A DNA stretch of 64,000 nt from an uncultured Planctomycetia bacterium (GTDB lineage Bacteria > Omnitrophota > Gorgyraeia > 2-02-FULL-51-18): assembly GCA_964402785.1 (NCBI GenBank), contig CAYODQ010000001.1:18124-82123 (forward strand), in the 5' to 3' direction. Below are positions 38,555-48,585 of the stretch, piece by piece (position 1 is the stretch's first letter; each line of letters starts with the position of its first letter). A program made the position numbers and the translations under genes. Below the pieces are notes generated by a model that did no database searches, was not told where the DNA came from, and saw only the letters and a program-made list of their open reading frames with translations.

Positions 38555-39415
38555 ATGATAAAAAAGAAGTCTCGGTTTCGGATCCTTCCGATTTTTGCAG
38601 TATTGGTGTCTCTTATATTTGCCCATCCGTGCGCTGAAGCTAGAACGCGCTCTAAATCAAGATCCAAATCAGTCAAACCTTATTTAACAGCCAAGTCTTA
38701 TGCGGTTGTGGATGTTGATGATGGGCGGATATTGCATTCCAGGCTTCCGCATTTGAAGCTGCCTCCAGCATCGACCACCAAAGTAATGACAGCGCTTCTT
38801 GTGTTGGAGTATTTGCCGCTAGAGATGCCGGTTGTGGTGAGTAAGCGCGCTGCCAATGCTGCTCCCAGCAAAGCTGGGCTCAAAGCAGGTGTCAAATATA
38901 CGGTCAAGGATCTACTCAGAGCGACCGTTGTATCTTCTTCAAATGACGCAGCGGTCGCTCTCGCTGAGACGGTGGCCGGATCTGAGAGCGAGTTTGTCAA
39001 CCTGATGAACAAAAAAGCACGCCAGCTCGGTATGATGGAGACGAAATTTGTGAATGCTACAGGGCTGCCCATAAAAAATCAAAAACAATACACCACAGCC
39101 TATGACCTGACGCGGCTTATGAGAGTCGCTATTAAAGATAAGCGCGTGGATGAGATGATGGCTATTGTGAATACCAGCATCACGGGGAGTGACGGCGTGG
39201 TGCTGCCGCTCAAAGCGCATAATAAAATGCTCTGGAAAAAGCCCAAATGGGTCAAAGGCAAAACAGGTTGGACGCAGGCTTCGCGACACACATTTGTGGG
39301 CACCAATTACGAAAGAAACAAATCGATCGCGTTTGCCATGTTGTCTTCTCAAAAACCTTGGACGGATATCGAGCGGTTGGCTTCTTTCGGAATTATCCTT
39401 GAGCGCAGACGGTAA
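38555..39415 (+). CDS. D-alanyl-D-alanine carboxypeptidase (peptidase S11)
   Basis: PASTTK (SxxK), SSND (SxN), KTG. Confidence 0.92.
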   Translation: MIKKKSRFRILPIFAVLVSLIFAHPCAEARTRSKSRSKSVKPYLTAKSYAVVDVDDGRILHSRLPHLKLPPASTTKVMTALLVLEYLPLEMPVVVSKRAANAAPSKAGLKAGVKYTVKDLLRATVVSSSNDAAVALAETVAGSESEFVNLMNKKARQLGMMETKFVNATGLPIKNQKQYTTAYDLTRLMRVAIKDKRVDEMMAIVNTSITGSDGVVLPLKAHNKMLWKKPKWVKGKTGWTQASRHTFVGTNYERNKSIAFAMLSSQKPWTDIERLASFGIILERRR

Positions 39416-40676
39416 TTCGCGTATAGCCGTCGTTGGTGCAGGAGCGGCTGGTTTGATGGCGGCCATTTCAGCAGGCATGGAGAGAGAGGGTCGGTATCAG
39501 GGTAATTTAAATCCCACCATTTTTTTACTGGATAGCCGAAAAAAGATCGGCGCCAAGATCCTTGTCTCAGGCGGTACCCGCTGCAATGTCACCAACACCA
39601 AAGTTTCTGAGTTGGATTATCAGACAAGCTCGCGCCGCTTTGTGAAGCAGGTGCTGCAGTCGTTCACATCCGAGCGAACGATCTCATTTTTTGAGTCCAT
39701 AGGTGTTGATCTGGTGCTTGAGCCCACTGGCAAATACTTTCCAACGACACATTCGGGGCGCACCGTATTGGATGCGCTTGTGAATGAGACGGAACGCCTC
39801 AAAATCCATCGCCGCTATGGGTGCAAGGTGATCGCTATTCAAAAAAAAGCCAAACATTTTGAGCTGAAATTAAGTACAGATGCGGGTGAAGAAGTCTTGT
39901 TGGTTGACAGAGTGATCCTGGCGACAGGGGGCTTATCTTATCCAGAGACCGGGAGTGATGGCACAGGTTTAAAGATAGCAGCCGCGTTGGGACACAAGAT
40001 CCTGCCCACGAGCCCTGCTTTGACTCCTTTTACGACGATGGACAAGGATTGGCCATCTTTGAGTGGAGTGGCTTTTCCGGTCAAATTAACTTGCTTTTGG
40101 GATGGACGATCGGCAGCTGAGTTCAAAGGCGCCATGCTTTTTACTCACACAGGTTTTAGCGGGCCAGTGGCTTTGGATATCAGCCGATTTTTTACAAATC
40201 CCCCAAAAGGTATCAAGCCAACCATTCGGGCTAGTTTTCTGCCGGATGAGAATGATGATTCGCTAAGACAAGCATTCATGGAAACGCCTCAAAAAAATCT
40301 TACACTCCTTAAATTTATCAGCAAACGATGGGATTTGCCTGAACGATGGGTGACGGTATTTCTTAAAAAAACAAAGATCCGGCCCGATGTATCGTTGGGC
40401 CAATTGACGATCAAAATGCGCACGGAACTTATACAGAAATTGTTGCATTATCCTCTTGAGGTGTCCGGTGTCATTGGTTATAAAAAAGCCGAGGTGACGG
40501 CGGGAGGGGTGGATCTAAACGAGATAGATCCTAAGACCATGCAATCCAAAAAAGTGCCTGGTCTTTATATGTGCGGAGAGGTTTTGGATGTGGATGGACG
40601 TATCGGGGGTTTTAATTTTCAATGGGGCTGGTCCAGCGGGCGCTTGGCGGGCATGTCTGCGGTGAGGTCTTTATGA
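39399..40676 (+). CDS. HI0933/YhiN-family flavoprotein
   Basis: VVGAGAAG, KILVSGGTRCNVTN, ATGGLSYPETGSDG, VTAGGV, GGFNFQ; start moved to TTG 39399. Confidence 0.92.
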   Translation: MSADGNSRIAVVGAGAAGLMAAISAGMEREGRYQGNLNPTIFLLDSRKKIGAKILVSGGTRCNVTNTKVSELDYQTSSRRFVKQVLQSFTSERTISFFESIGVDLVLEPTGKYFPTTHSGRTVLDALVNETERLKIHRRYGCKVIAIQKKAKHFELKLSTDAGEEVLLVDRVILATGGLSYPETGSDGTGLKIAAALGHKILPTSPALTPFTTMDKDWPSLSGVAFPVKLTCFWDGRSAAEFKGAMLFTHTGFSGPVALDISRFFTNPPKGIKPTIRASFLPDENDDSLRQAFMETPQKNLTLLKFISKRWDLPERWVTVFLKKTKIRPDVSLGQLTIKMRTELIQKLLHYPLEVSGVIGYKKAEVTAGGVDLNEIDPKTMQSKKVPGLYMCGEVLDVDGRIGGFNFQWGWSSGRLAGMSAVRSL

Positions 40677-41242
40677 TCTTGTATCTTGCATCCACATCTC
40701 CTCGCAGGATTTTTTTGCTCAAACAAGCGGGATTTAAGGTTCAAAAAATAAAACCCGTCTACACCGAGGTGGATCACAAACATTTATCCACACAAGAGCT
40801 GATCAAAAAGCACGCACTGGGCAAAGCGTTGTCGGCTGCTCATCAGGTCAAAGAGGGTATCCTGGTTTCTGCGGATACGCTGGTGGTTTTTCAGGCTCGC
40901 CGCATTGGGAAACCCAAAAATATAAAAGATGCTTATCGCATCCTATCCATGCTTCAGGGCCGCACGCATGTTGTGTGGACGGGTGTAGCGGTGCTGAAGA
41001 TCTTGGGAGGCAATATCCAGGCGCAAAAATATTTTGTGGTAAAAACTAAAGTTAGTTTAAAGCCCGTCGGAAGAAGTCAGATGAAAGCCTATTTTAAACG
41101 TATCAACCCGCTCGATAAGGCGGGCGCCTACGCGATCCAGGCCCAAAAAAATAGTATCGTTTCTAAGGTGATTGGCTCATACACCAATGCGGTGGGTTTG
41201 CCGATGGAGAAATTGAAAAAAGTGCTGGATATGCTAGAATGA
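40673..41242 (+). CDS. maf: Maf-family nucleoside triphosphate pyrophosphatase
   Basis: LASTSPRR, SADTLV, GKP, DKAGAYAIQ, VGLP. Confidence 0.92.
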   Translation: MILYLASTSPRRIFLLKQAGFKVQKIKPVYTEVDHKHLSTQELIKKHALGKALSAAHQVKEGILVSADTLVVFQARRIGKPKNIKDAYRILSMLQGRTHVVWTGVAVLKILGGNIQAQKYFVVKTKVSLKPVGRSQMKAYFKRINPLDKAGAYAIQAQKNSIVSKVIGSYTNAVGLPMEKLKKVLDMLE

Positions 41243-41261
41243 GTTTTTGCTAGAGGAGATT

Positions 41262-41738
41262 ATGTCCGACGAAAGAATTCCGATGTCCCATGAGGGGCAT
41301 GCCAAGATGTTAAAAGAGCTCGAGTATCTCAAGACGGTCAAGCGTCGCGAGATAGCCGAGGATATCGCACGTGCCCGCGCGTTTGGCGATCTCAAAGAAA
41401 ATGCCGAATACGACGCCGCCAAGAACAATCAGGCATTCAACGAAAAGCGTATCTCCGAATACGAAGATAAGCTTTCCCGTATCCAGCTTTTTGATGAGTC
41501 CAAACTCCCCAAAGACCAGGTTGTGGTGGGGGCGCACGTTCTTCTGAAGGATCTAAAAACCCAAGATGAGTTCACCTATATCATGGTCACTCATGATGAG
41601 GCCAATTTTGATGAAGGTAAGATCTCGATCTCTTCGCCGATTGCCAAAGGTTTGCTGGGTAAGAAGGTGGGGGAGTTTGCTGAGATCAAGATCCCTGCAG
41701 GGATCCTAAAATACAAGATCCTTAAAATTTCACGCTGA
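41262..41738 (+). CDS. greA: Transcription elongation factor GreA
   Basis: ARAFGDLKENAEYDAAK, ISISSPIAKGLLGK; GAGGAG RBS. Confidence 0.96.
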   Translation: MSDERIPMSHEGHAKMLKELEYLKTVKRREIAEDIARARAFGDLKENAEYDAAKNNQAFNEKRISEYEDKLSRIQLFDESKLPKDQVVVGAHVLLKDLKTQDEFTYIMVTHDEANFDEGKISISSPIAKGLLGKKVGEFAEIKIPAGILKYKILKISR

Positions 41739-42710
41739 AGGCCGGTAAGCTCCGAAGTCCTCTATAATTTTTCGCATCTCGTCCGCTTTTTTGCACACAT
41801 TGATCTTGCCGCGAAATTCGTTGGCGCCGGGTACGTTCTTAAAATACCAGCAGGCGATGCGCCGCATGTGCAGTACAGCGGTATACTCGTCGCGATAGGC
41901 CAGCTCCAAATCGAAATGCCTGAGAAGTACTTTCTTTTTTTCTTCGATGGAAGGCGCTTCGTATTGCGATCCTCCCTTTAAAGCGCTGGCCACTTCTTTG
42001 AAGATCCATGGATTGCCTAATCCACCTCGGCCAACCATAACGCCGTCCACACCGGCAATTTCTTTCATGCGAAGCGCATCTTGTGCGGAGTTGATATCGC
42101 CGTTGCCAAACACGGGGATCTTCACGGCATTTTTCACTCGGCGGATAGAATCATAATTGGCTTGCCCGGAATAACCTTGCTCACGCGTGCGGCCATGCAC
42201 GGTGACGGCATCAAGACCGCAGTCTTCTGCGATCTTAGCGATCTGCGCGGCTTCTTCACCGGAGTTATCTTTGATGCCGAGGCGCATTTTCACGGTCACC
42301 GGGATCGTTTTAACCGCATTTCGAATGGCTGTAAAGATCTCTCGTGATTGTTGTGGCCGGCTCAGCATGGCAGAGCCCGCACCGAGACCAAATATTTTGG
42401 GGACGGGGCATCCAAAATTGATATCAATGAGATCATATCCCATATCCTCGATCATGCGAGCCGCTTCACCCATCGCTTCCGGGCGGCAGCCGACGATCTG
42501 CGCACCTAGCGGCTTATCCTTGACCGTGGTTTTCATGATCTCATGCGTATTGTCATTGCCGCGCACCAAAGCCTCCGCCGAGACCATCTCAAGGAAACAA
42601 AACTCCATCCCATACTCTCTCGAGAGCAGCCGATAAGCCAGATCCGTACACCCCGCCATCGGAGACTGGATAACAGCATCGTTGAGCACCAAAGACTTAA
42701 GCTTTACCAT
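41730..42710 (-). CDS. dusB: tRNA-dihydrouridine synthase B
   Basis: SPMAGCTD, IDINFGCP, VTVKMRLG, VHGRT, GNGDI, MVGRG; true start ATG 42710. Confidence 0.92.
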   Translation of the reverse strand: MVKLKSLVLNDAVIQSPMAGCTDLAYRLLSREYGMEFCFLEMVSAEALVRGNDNTHEIMKTTVKDKPLGAQIVGCRPEAMGEAARMIEDMGYDLIDINFGCPVPKIFGLGAGSAMLSRPQQSREIFTAIRNAVKTIPVTVKMRLGIKDNSGEEAAQIAKIAEDCGLDAVTVHGRTREQGYSGQANYDSIRRVKNAVKIPVFGNGDINSAQDALRMKEIAGVDGVMVGRGGLGNPWIFKEVASALKGGSQYEAPSIEEKKKVLLRHFDLELAYRDEYTAVLHMRRIACWYFKNVPGANEFRGKINVCKKADEMRKIIEDFGAYRPSA

Positions 42711-42730
42711 GGCCGTATTGTAACACGGTA

Positions 42731-42921
42731 ATGGTTCAAATGCCGGAAACCACCCTCTCCAGGACCGTCTGATTTCTCCCACCGAGAGAAATCAGACTCG
42801 GAAATCTCCTCGCTCGTCTTTCTGTATAAATAGCTAAAAAAGAATGCAAAACCTAGAGGTGACACCTGGCCGCTCGTCGATTTAACGTCCCTCCGAGGGC
42901 GCTTTCCGGCATTTGAGCCAT
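42731..42921. repeat. Intergenic hairpin element (family 3)
   Basis: 19-bp terminal IR ATGGTTCAAATGCCGGAAA / TTTCCGGCATTTGAGCCAT; inner hairpin GTCTGATTTCTC...GAGAAATCAGAC. Confidence 0.8.
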
Positions 42922-43001
42922 CCAGAAAAAATATTCCAAGTTCCTGCCAAATACTGGAGTTCCGATTTGGCTAGTTTGCAGAAGAAGAGTAAAATAGAAC
43001 G

Positions 43002-43574
43002 ATGCTCATTAGCTATCCTGATAAGGTTATGTACTATAGCGGACACCCATTGATGCCGAGACTGGAGGAGGGGAGGTTGCGCCCTATCGGAGCCGAGCTA
43101 GTTTTTTTTAGTAAGGATATGAAGCAAAAGTTTTTTACGATACCGCTTAGCCAAATACAAAGTGTGGTTGTCGAGCAGCAGAAACTGAGCGCATCTCAAA
43201 AAAGAGGCGGTTTTTTTGGCAGCTACGCAGCACCGTCTCTTGCTTTCTTTGCGGAAGATAATATTTATGTGAGTTATTTAGATAGTTCTGATCTGCTGCA
43301 CAAAATACATTTTGCAACAAAATATGATGACGGAGCCTCGCTAAAATTAGAGATAGAGGATCGAATATCAAGATCCAGCGGTTTAAACTCATCACCTTTA
43401 GATATTGCACGAGGAAATCTTATATATGTTTTGTTGCAAAGCGCTGTAAATAGCAAGCTTCGCCCTTTGAATTCATACTATCGGTTCAATATGCCATGGG
43501 GAGCTAAAATTCTTTTAGCGCTCTCTATTGCTATTATTTTAGGCATATATTTTGTGTACGCACTTCCCAAGTAG
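43002..43574 (+). CDS. AT-rich orphan protein with C-terminal TM helix
   Basis: 190-aa ORF, visibly more AT-rich than its neighbours, hydrophobic C-terminus. Confidence 0.65.
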   Translation: MLISYPDKVMYYSGHPLMPRLEEGRLRPIGAELVFFSKDMKQKFFTIPLSQIQSVVVEQQKLSASQKRGGFFGSYAAPSLAFFAEDNIYVSYLDSSDLLHKIHFATKYDDGASLKLEIEDRISRSSGLNSSPLDIARGNLIYVLLQSAVNSKLRPLNSYYRFNMPWGAKILLALSIAIILGIYFVYALPK

Positions 43575-43678
43575 GCTCGCATCGCGCCAAAACCACACAT
43601 GGTTATCACGTAAATCAAATCTTAGCCTCTATTTCTGTGGAAACAAGTCACGCATCTAGCCTCCATAAATAAGCACCT

Positions 43679-43831
43679 AAGCCGGCAAGGGGTGGCCTTC
43701 GTACGACCTCCGCGACCCCCGAGCCGCACGGAACATAGCTCTATTTTAAACATGGGCGAGGGGGCAAGAAGAGCGAGGTGCCTCGCAGGGGCACCGGAGC
43801 GTGTCGGTAGAAGGCTGCCCCTTGCCGGCTT
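43679..43831. repeat. Intergenic hairpin element (family 4)
   Basis: 22-bp IR AAGCCGGCAAGGGGTGGCCTTC / GAAGGCTGCCCCTTGCCGGCTT; inner GGTGCCTC-GCA-GGGGCACC hairpin. Confidence 0.8.
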
Positions 43832-43889
43832 TTACGTAAAATCATTTAGGCTAGATTCTTGGGGAGTATATGGTATACTTCTCGGCTCT

Positions 43890-45704
43890 ATGAAAAACAT
43901 ACGTAATGTCGCTATTATCGCTCACGTTGACCATGGCAAGACGACCCTTGTGGACGCCTTGCTCAAGCAGTCCAACGTCCATCGCAATATCAATGAGATG
44001 GGCGAGTGCATCATGGACTCCATGGATCTTGAAAAGGAACGTGGTATCACGATCCGCGCCAAGAACGCCAGCGTGGAGTACAAAGGCCACAAGATAAACA
44101 TTATTGATACCCCGGGCCACGCAGACTTTGGTGGCGAGGTGGAGCGCACGCTTCGTATGGCGGATGCTGCTCTTCTGGTGGTGGATGCCAAAGACGGTCC
44201 TATGCCTCAAACCCGCTTTGTGCTTCGCAAGGCTCTCGAGCAAGGACTCAAGATCATCGTTGTGGTCAATAAGGTCGATCGCAATGACTCTCAGATCGAT
44301 GATGTCATGAATCGCACATTTGACCTTTTTTGTGAATTAAACGCCACCAGCGATCAGCTGGATTTTCCGACGGTGTTTGCGTCTGCGCTCAAAGGCACGG
44401 CGACCTTGGATATGAAACACCCCAATGACAATATTTTCCCGCTTTTAGACCTTATCATTGAAAAAGTGCCCGAGCCGCAGGGTGACGAAAAGGCACCGCT
44501 TCAGATACTGGTGCTTTCGCTGTCTCAAGACTCTTATAAAGGAAAGATGGGTATCGGAAAGCTTTCCAATGGCACGATCGAAAAGAATCAAAATGTGGCA
44601 TTGATCCGCCGAGACGGCACACAAGTGAATTCAAAAGTGATCGGTCTTTTGACCTATCGCGGTCTTGAAAGGGTCGAAGTTGAGAAGGCGGTCGCAGGCG
44701 ATATTGTGTCCGTGGCCGGTTTTCAGGAGATCGGTATTGGTGAGACCATCACGGATGCCTCCAATCCCATGCCGCTTCCGACGCTTAAAATTGACGAGCC
44801 CACCGTTCAGATGACATTTGGTGTCAATACCAGTCCTTTTGCCGGGCGTGAGGGTAAATTCGTGACGTCACGCATGATCCGCGACCGTCTATTTAAAGAG
44901 TTGGAGACCAATGTTTCTCTTCGCGTGGACGAGACCGACAGTCCCGATACTTTTTTGGTATCAGGCCGCGGCGAGTTGCACCTTTCTATTTTAATTGAAA
45001 CAATGCGCCGCGAGGGTTTTGAGTTGCAGGTGTCGCAGCCTGTTGTTATATTTCACGAAGAAAACGGCGTAAAAATGGAACCATTCGAGCTTTTGATCAT
45101 AGACGTGCCGGCCGAATATCAAGGCACGGTGCTCGAAGAGATAGGCCGCCGGCGCGGTGTCATGAAGAATATGTCCCAAACGCCGACAGGTGAATTGCAT
45201 TTGGAATATCAAATCGCCACGCGGGGCGTGATCGGTCTCAAAGGTTTGTTCATGACCAAAACGCGCGGCACGGCGATTGTCCATCATGTATTTGATGAAT
45301 ATAAACCGGCTATCGATGCGTCCTGGAATACTTTTCCTCATGGCTCGCTCGTGGCTTGTGAAACGGGCACGGCGACATCGTATTCGCTTTGCAGCTGCCA
45401 AGAGCGCGGTGATCTATTTATCAAGCCGGGCATCGAAGTGTACGACGGCATGATCATTGGCGAGAATTCTCGTGGCGAAGATCTTGAGATTAGTCCTTGC
45501 AAAACCAAAAAAATGTCCAATATGCGTTCGGTGAGCGCGGATGATGCGTTGGTTTTGACGCCTCCACGCGAGCTGACGCTTGAGCTCTCCATTGAATTCA
45601 TCGGCCCTGATGAGCTCGTCGAAGTGACTCCCAAAAATATCCGGTTGAGAAAAAGGCTTCTCGACCCACTCCAAAGAAAACGCGTCAAACGCCAAACCGC
45701 CTAA
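43890..45704 (+). CDS. typA: Translational GTPase TypA/BipA
   Basis: RNVAIIAHVDHGKTTLVD, DTPGHADFGGEVER, GRGELHL, DELVEVTP; true start ATG 43890. Confidence 0.97.
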   Translation: MKNIRNVAIIAHVDHGKTTLVDALLKQSNVHRNINEMGECIMDSMDLEKERGITIRAKNASVEYKGHKINIIDTPGHADFGGEVERTLRMADAALLVVDAKDGPMPQTRFVLRKALEQGLKIIVVVNKVDRNDSQIDDVMNRTFDLFCELNATSDQLDFPTVFASALKGTATLDMKHPNDNIFPLLDLIIEKVPEPQGDEKAPLQILVLSLSQDSYKGKMGIGKLSNGTIEKNQNVALIRRDGTQVNSKVIGLLTYRGLERVEVEKAVAGDIVSVAGFQEIGIGETITDASNPMPLPTLKIDEPTVQMTFGVNTSPFAGREGKFVTSRMIRDRLFKELETNVSLRVDETDSPDTFLVSGRGELHLSILIETMRREGFELQVSQPVVIFHEENGVKMEPFELLIIDVPAEYQGTVLEEIGRRRGVMKNMSQTPTGELHLEYQIATRGVIGLKGLFMTKTRGTAIVHHVFDEYKPAIDASWNTFPHGSLVACETGTATSYSLCSCQERGDLFIKPGIEVYDGMIIGENSRGEDLEISPCKTKKMSNMRSVSADDALVLTPPRELTLELSIEFIGPDELVEVTPKNIRLRKRLLDPLQRKRVKRQTA

Positions 45705-45707
45705 GCT

Positions 45708-46439
45708 GTGGAGAGGCTGCAGGTTTTCCTAGCCCGGCACGGGATCGCCAGTCGTCGCGGAGTCGTCCAAAGCATCGAGTCCGGTGATGTCAAAGTAAAC
45801 GGCCAGGTTGTCCGCGAAAAAGGTTTCCGTGTAGATCCTCTGAAGGACAAGGTCGAATATCAAGGCAAGCTTCTCTCTGCCAAAAAACCCGATTTTGTGT
45901 ATTACCTTTTTTACAAACCCCTGGGCGTCACCACAACTTTATCCGATCCTCATGCCAAAAATATGGTCTCCGATTATTTTAAGGATGTGCCGGAGCGTGT
46001 CTATCCTGTGGGCCGTCTCGATCGAGAGACGACAGGTGTGCTTCTTATGACCAACGATGGCGAGCTTTCGTTTCGGCTGGCGCATCCCAGCTACGGTATC
46101 GATAAAACATATTTTGCGCGTGTCATGGGGATCATCACGGATGATAAAAGAGATTTTTTGCAAGAAGGTGTTCAATTGGAAGAGGGGATCACAGCACCTT
46201 GCAAAGTGGAGATCCAGCAGATCTTGAAGAATGAGACCGAGATCGTCATGACACTTCACGAGGGGAAAAAACGTCAGATCAGACGGATGTTGGATTTGAT
46301 CGGCAATCCTGTTATAAAGTTAGAGAGGATACAGTACGCCAATTTGACTCTCGGGAGCCTCATGCCAGGCCAGAGGCGGGAGTTGACGGCAGATGAAGTG
46401 CGGACGCTAAAACGAATGGTTCAATTGGAGAAGACTTGA
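45708..46439 (+). CDS. RsuA/RluB-family rRNA pseudouridine synthase
   Basis: S4 domain RLQVFLA..GIASRR; YPVGRLDRETTG; EGKKRQIRRM. Confidence 0.92.
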   Translation: MERLQVFLARHGIASRRGVVQSIESGDVKVNGQVVREKGFRVDPLKDKVEYQGKLLSAKKPDFVYYLFYKPLGVTTTLSDPHAKNMVSDYFKDVPERVYPVGRLDRETTGVLLMTNDGELSFRLAHPSYGIDKTYFARVMGIITDDKRDFLQEGVQLEEGITAPCKVEIQQILKNETEIVMTLHEGKKRQIRRMLDLIGNPVIKLERIQYANLTLGSLMPGQRRELTADEVRTLKRMVQLEKT

Positions 46440-46681
46440 TGGACCCCGGTGTAGTTATCTACACAACCAATTATTGCCCCTATTGCCACGCCGCCAAGGA
46501 ATTCCTCAAGTCCAAAAAAGTTCCCTTTAAAGAAGTCGATGTCTCCACGGATGAAGTCATGCGTCAAAAATTAGTTGAGTTATCCGGGCAGGAGACGGTG
46601 CCTCAGATCTTCAGTGGTGGCCGCTCCATAGGAGGGTATCAGGATCTGGTGCGATATTATCAAGAGGGGCATCGGCTATGA
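46439..46681 (+). CDS. grxC: Glutaredoxin (Grx3-like)
   Basis: CPYC, TVPQIF, IGG. Confidence 0.88.
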   Translation: MDPGVVIYTTNYCPYCHAAKEFLKSKKVPFKEVDVSTDEVMRQKLVELSGQETVPQIFSGGRSIGGYQDLVRYYQEGHRL

Positions 46682-47040
46682 CGGGAGACTCTTGGGCCGA
46701 GAAAAGACGCCACAAGCGTTTCCCTAAAACTCTGATCGTTAAATGGCAACCCGAAGGCTCGGGTGCTTCCAATGCTTGGAAAACAGCTTTTTTGAAAGAT
46801 ATTAGCCGTGGTGGATTGGCTATGCAATGTGGCGAAGCAGTGACCATGGGTGATAAACTAAGATTTCAGGTGACGGTGGATCTTGAGACGCCTCCATTTA
46901 CTTGTGTGGGCCAGGTGGTGCGTGTTCGCCGGATCGCGTCGCCTGCCGGATACGATGTTGGTATATTTTTTACGGCCATCGATCCGCGGGATGCAGATTG
47001 TATTGATATGCTTGCTGAGGGCCACGACAGAAATATTTAA
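46678..47040 (+). CDS. PilZ-domain protein
   Basis: RRHKR and DISRGG. Confidence 0.85.
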   Translation: MTGDSWAEKRRHKRFPKTLIVKWQPEGSGASNAWKTAFLKDISRGGLAMQCGEAVTMGDKLRFQVTVDLETPPFTCVGQVVRVRRIASPAGYDVGIFFTAIDPRDADCIDMLAEGHDRNI

Positions 47041-47051
47041 GCAGGAGGCTT

Positions 47052-47438
47052 ATGGGTTATTTTGGTCAGGAACGAAGAAAAAATAAAAGGCTGCCTGAGC
47101 TTTTTTTTGTCAAATGGCAGCAGGATTCAAAAGAGTCTCCGAAAAATTGGACAACAGCTTATCTTAAGAATATTAGTCGCTCAGGCCTAGCTATGCAGTG
47201 TAGCCAAAAGCTTGTGGTCGGCGACAAGCTGAATCTTTTGGTCACTGTTCATGTCGAAACGGCTCCGTGCATGTGTGCGGGTCAAGTTATTTGGATACAA
47301 AAAACACCTGACAAGCTTGGCTATGAGGTTGGGGTGGCTTTTACCAGTATTGATAACAAAGATGCGGATTGGATCGATGTATTGGCGGAGGAATTTGAGC
47401 GCAGAGCTGAGCGAGAGAGAGGGGAGACTGCTACTTGA
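47052..47438 (+). CDS. PilZ-domain protein
   Basis: RRKNKR and NISRSG. Confidence 0.85.
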   Translation: MGYFGQERRKNKRLPELFFVKWQQDSKESPKNWTTAYLKNISRSGLAMQCSQKLVVGDKLNLLVTVHVETAPCMCAGQVIWIQKTPDKLGYEVGVAFTSIDNKDADWIDVLAEEFERRAERERGETAT

Positions 47439-47794
47439 GCTATACGGGACCGGAGCGCCGCAAGTCGGATCGCATTCGTAAACAATTTACTATTCGCCTA
47501 AGAAGGATCTCAAACAGCTTTGCGGGTGATTGGGATATCGTCTTGTTGAAAGATATATCTAGGAGTAGTTTATCATTCCAGCATGATCGTCCTTTTGGTG
47601 AAGGGGATTTGCTAGATTTAAAGATCAGCATTGGTTCGGATGCCACGCCTATTAGTTGCCGCGGCGAGGTCGTTCGTGTCGAAGAAGCGGGCATTTCAAG
47701 AGCACATGAAATTGCCGTAGTTTTTGTCGATATTCAGCCGAATGATATGGAGCGCATCCAGAAGACCATTGACGAGCTCAGGAAGACGCTGTGA
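47435..47794 (+). CDS. PilZ-domain protein
   Basis: ERRKSDR and DISRSS. Confidence 0.8.
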   Translation: MSYTGPERRKSDRIRKQFTIRLRRISNSFAGDWDIVLLKDISRSSLSFQHDRPFGEGDLLDLKISIGSDATPISCRGEVVRVEEAGISRAHEIAVVFVDIQPNDMERIQKTIDELRKTL

Positions 47795-48585
47795 GTCAGG
47801 CCAACAAGGCTCGTTTTGCTCTCATTACCGGGGCTTCTAGCGGTATCGGGTATGAGCTTGCACATGTTTTTGCAAAAAACGGATGGAACCTAGTGCTTGT
47901 CGCCAGGCGCTTGGATAGGCTTTTAGCGTTGTCGCAGCAACTTTCCAAATCATTTGGTGTGTCCGTTTTTGTGATCGAAAAAGATCTGACGAAGCCCCAA
48001 GCTTCCGAAGAGTTATTCCGAGAAACCAGCTCCAAGAATTTAGTGATCGATGCTTTGGTGAATAATGCCGGAGTGGCTACCTACGGGATGTTTAGCCGAA
48101 CGGAACTGAAAGCCGAAACGGATCTGCTTGAGATCAATATAGGAGCGCTTACAAAATTGAGTAAGTTTTATTTACGTCCAATGCTGGAGCGAAAAAAGGG
48201 ATGGATCTTGAATGTCGCATCCACCGCCGCTTTTCAACCGGGCCCGCTCATGGCTGTGTATTACGCATCAAAAGCGTATGTGCTTTCCTTTTCCGAGGCG
48301 CTAGCCAATGAGCTTGAGGGAACCGGTGTTTCTGTCACTGCTTTGTGTCCAGGCGCTACCAAAACAGAATTTAAAGATGCGGCCAAGATGGGGGACTCCA
48401 AATTATTCCAAAAACAGGTGATGTCCGCCGAACGGGTTGCCCAGGAAGGGTATCGAGGTATGATGCGGCGAAAAACCATTGTTATTCCGGGTGTCAAAAA
48501 CACGATCATGGCTTCGTCGGTGAGATGGGCTCCCAGATGGCTCGTTCCCAGGGTCGTGAGAAGATTGCAAGAAACCCGATCTTAA
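47791..48585 (+). CDS. Short-chain dehydrogenase/reductase (DltE-like)
   Basis: TGASSGIG, NNAG, YYASK. Confidence 0.92.
   Translation: MSQANKARFALITGASSGIGYELAHVFAKNGWNLVLVARRLDRLLALSQQLSKSFGVSVFVIEKDLTKPQASEELFRETSSKNLVIDALVNNAGVATYGMFSRTELKAETDLLEINIGALTKLSKFYLRPMLERKKGWILNVASTAAFQPGPLMAVYYASKAYVLSFSEALANELEGTGVSVTALCPGATKTEFKDAAKMGDSKLFQKQVMSAERVAQEGYRGMMRRKTIVIPGVKNTIMASSVRWAPRWLVPRVVRRLQETRS

Noticed and set aside
43692-43889. 66-aa N-terminal extension of TypA (similar extensions for DusB 42711-42782 and the HI0933 protein 39189-39398)
   Set aside because: These are ORF-caller extensions through hairpin elements or upstream genes; family N-termini start at the downstream codons.
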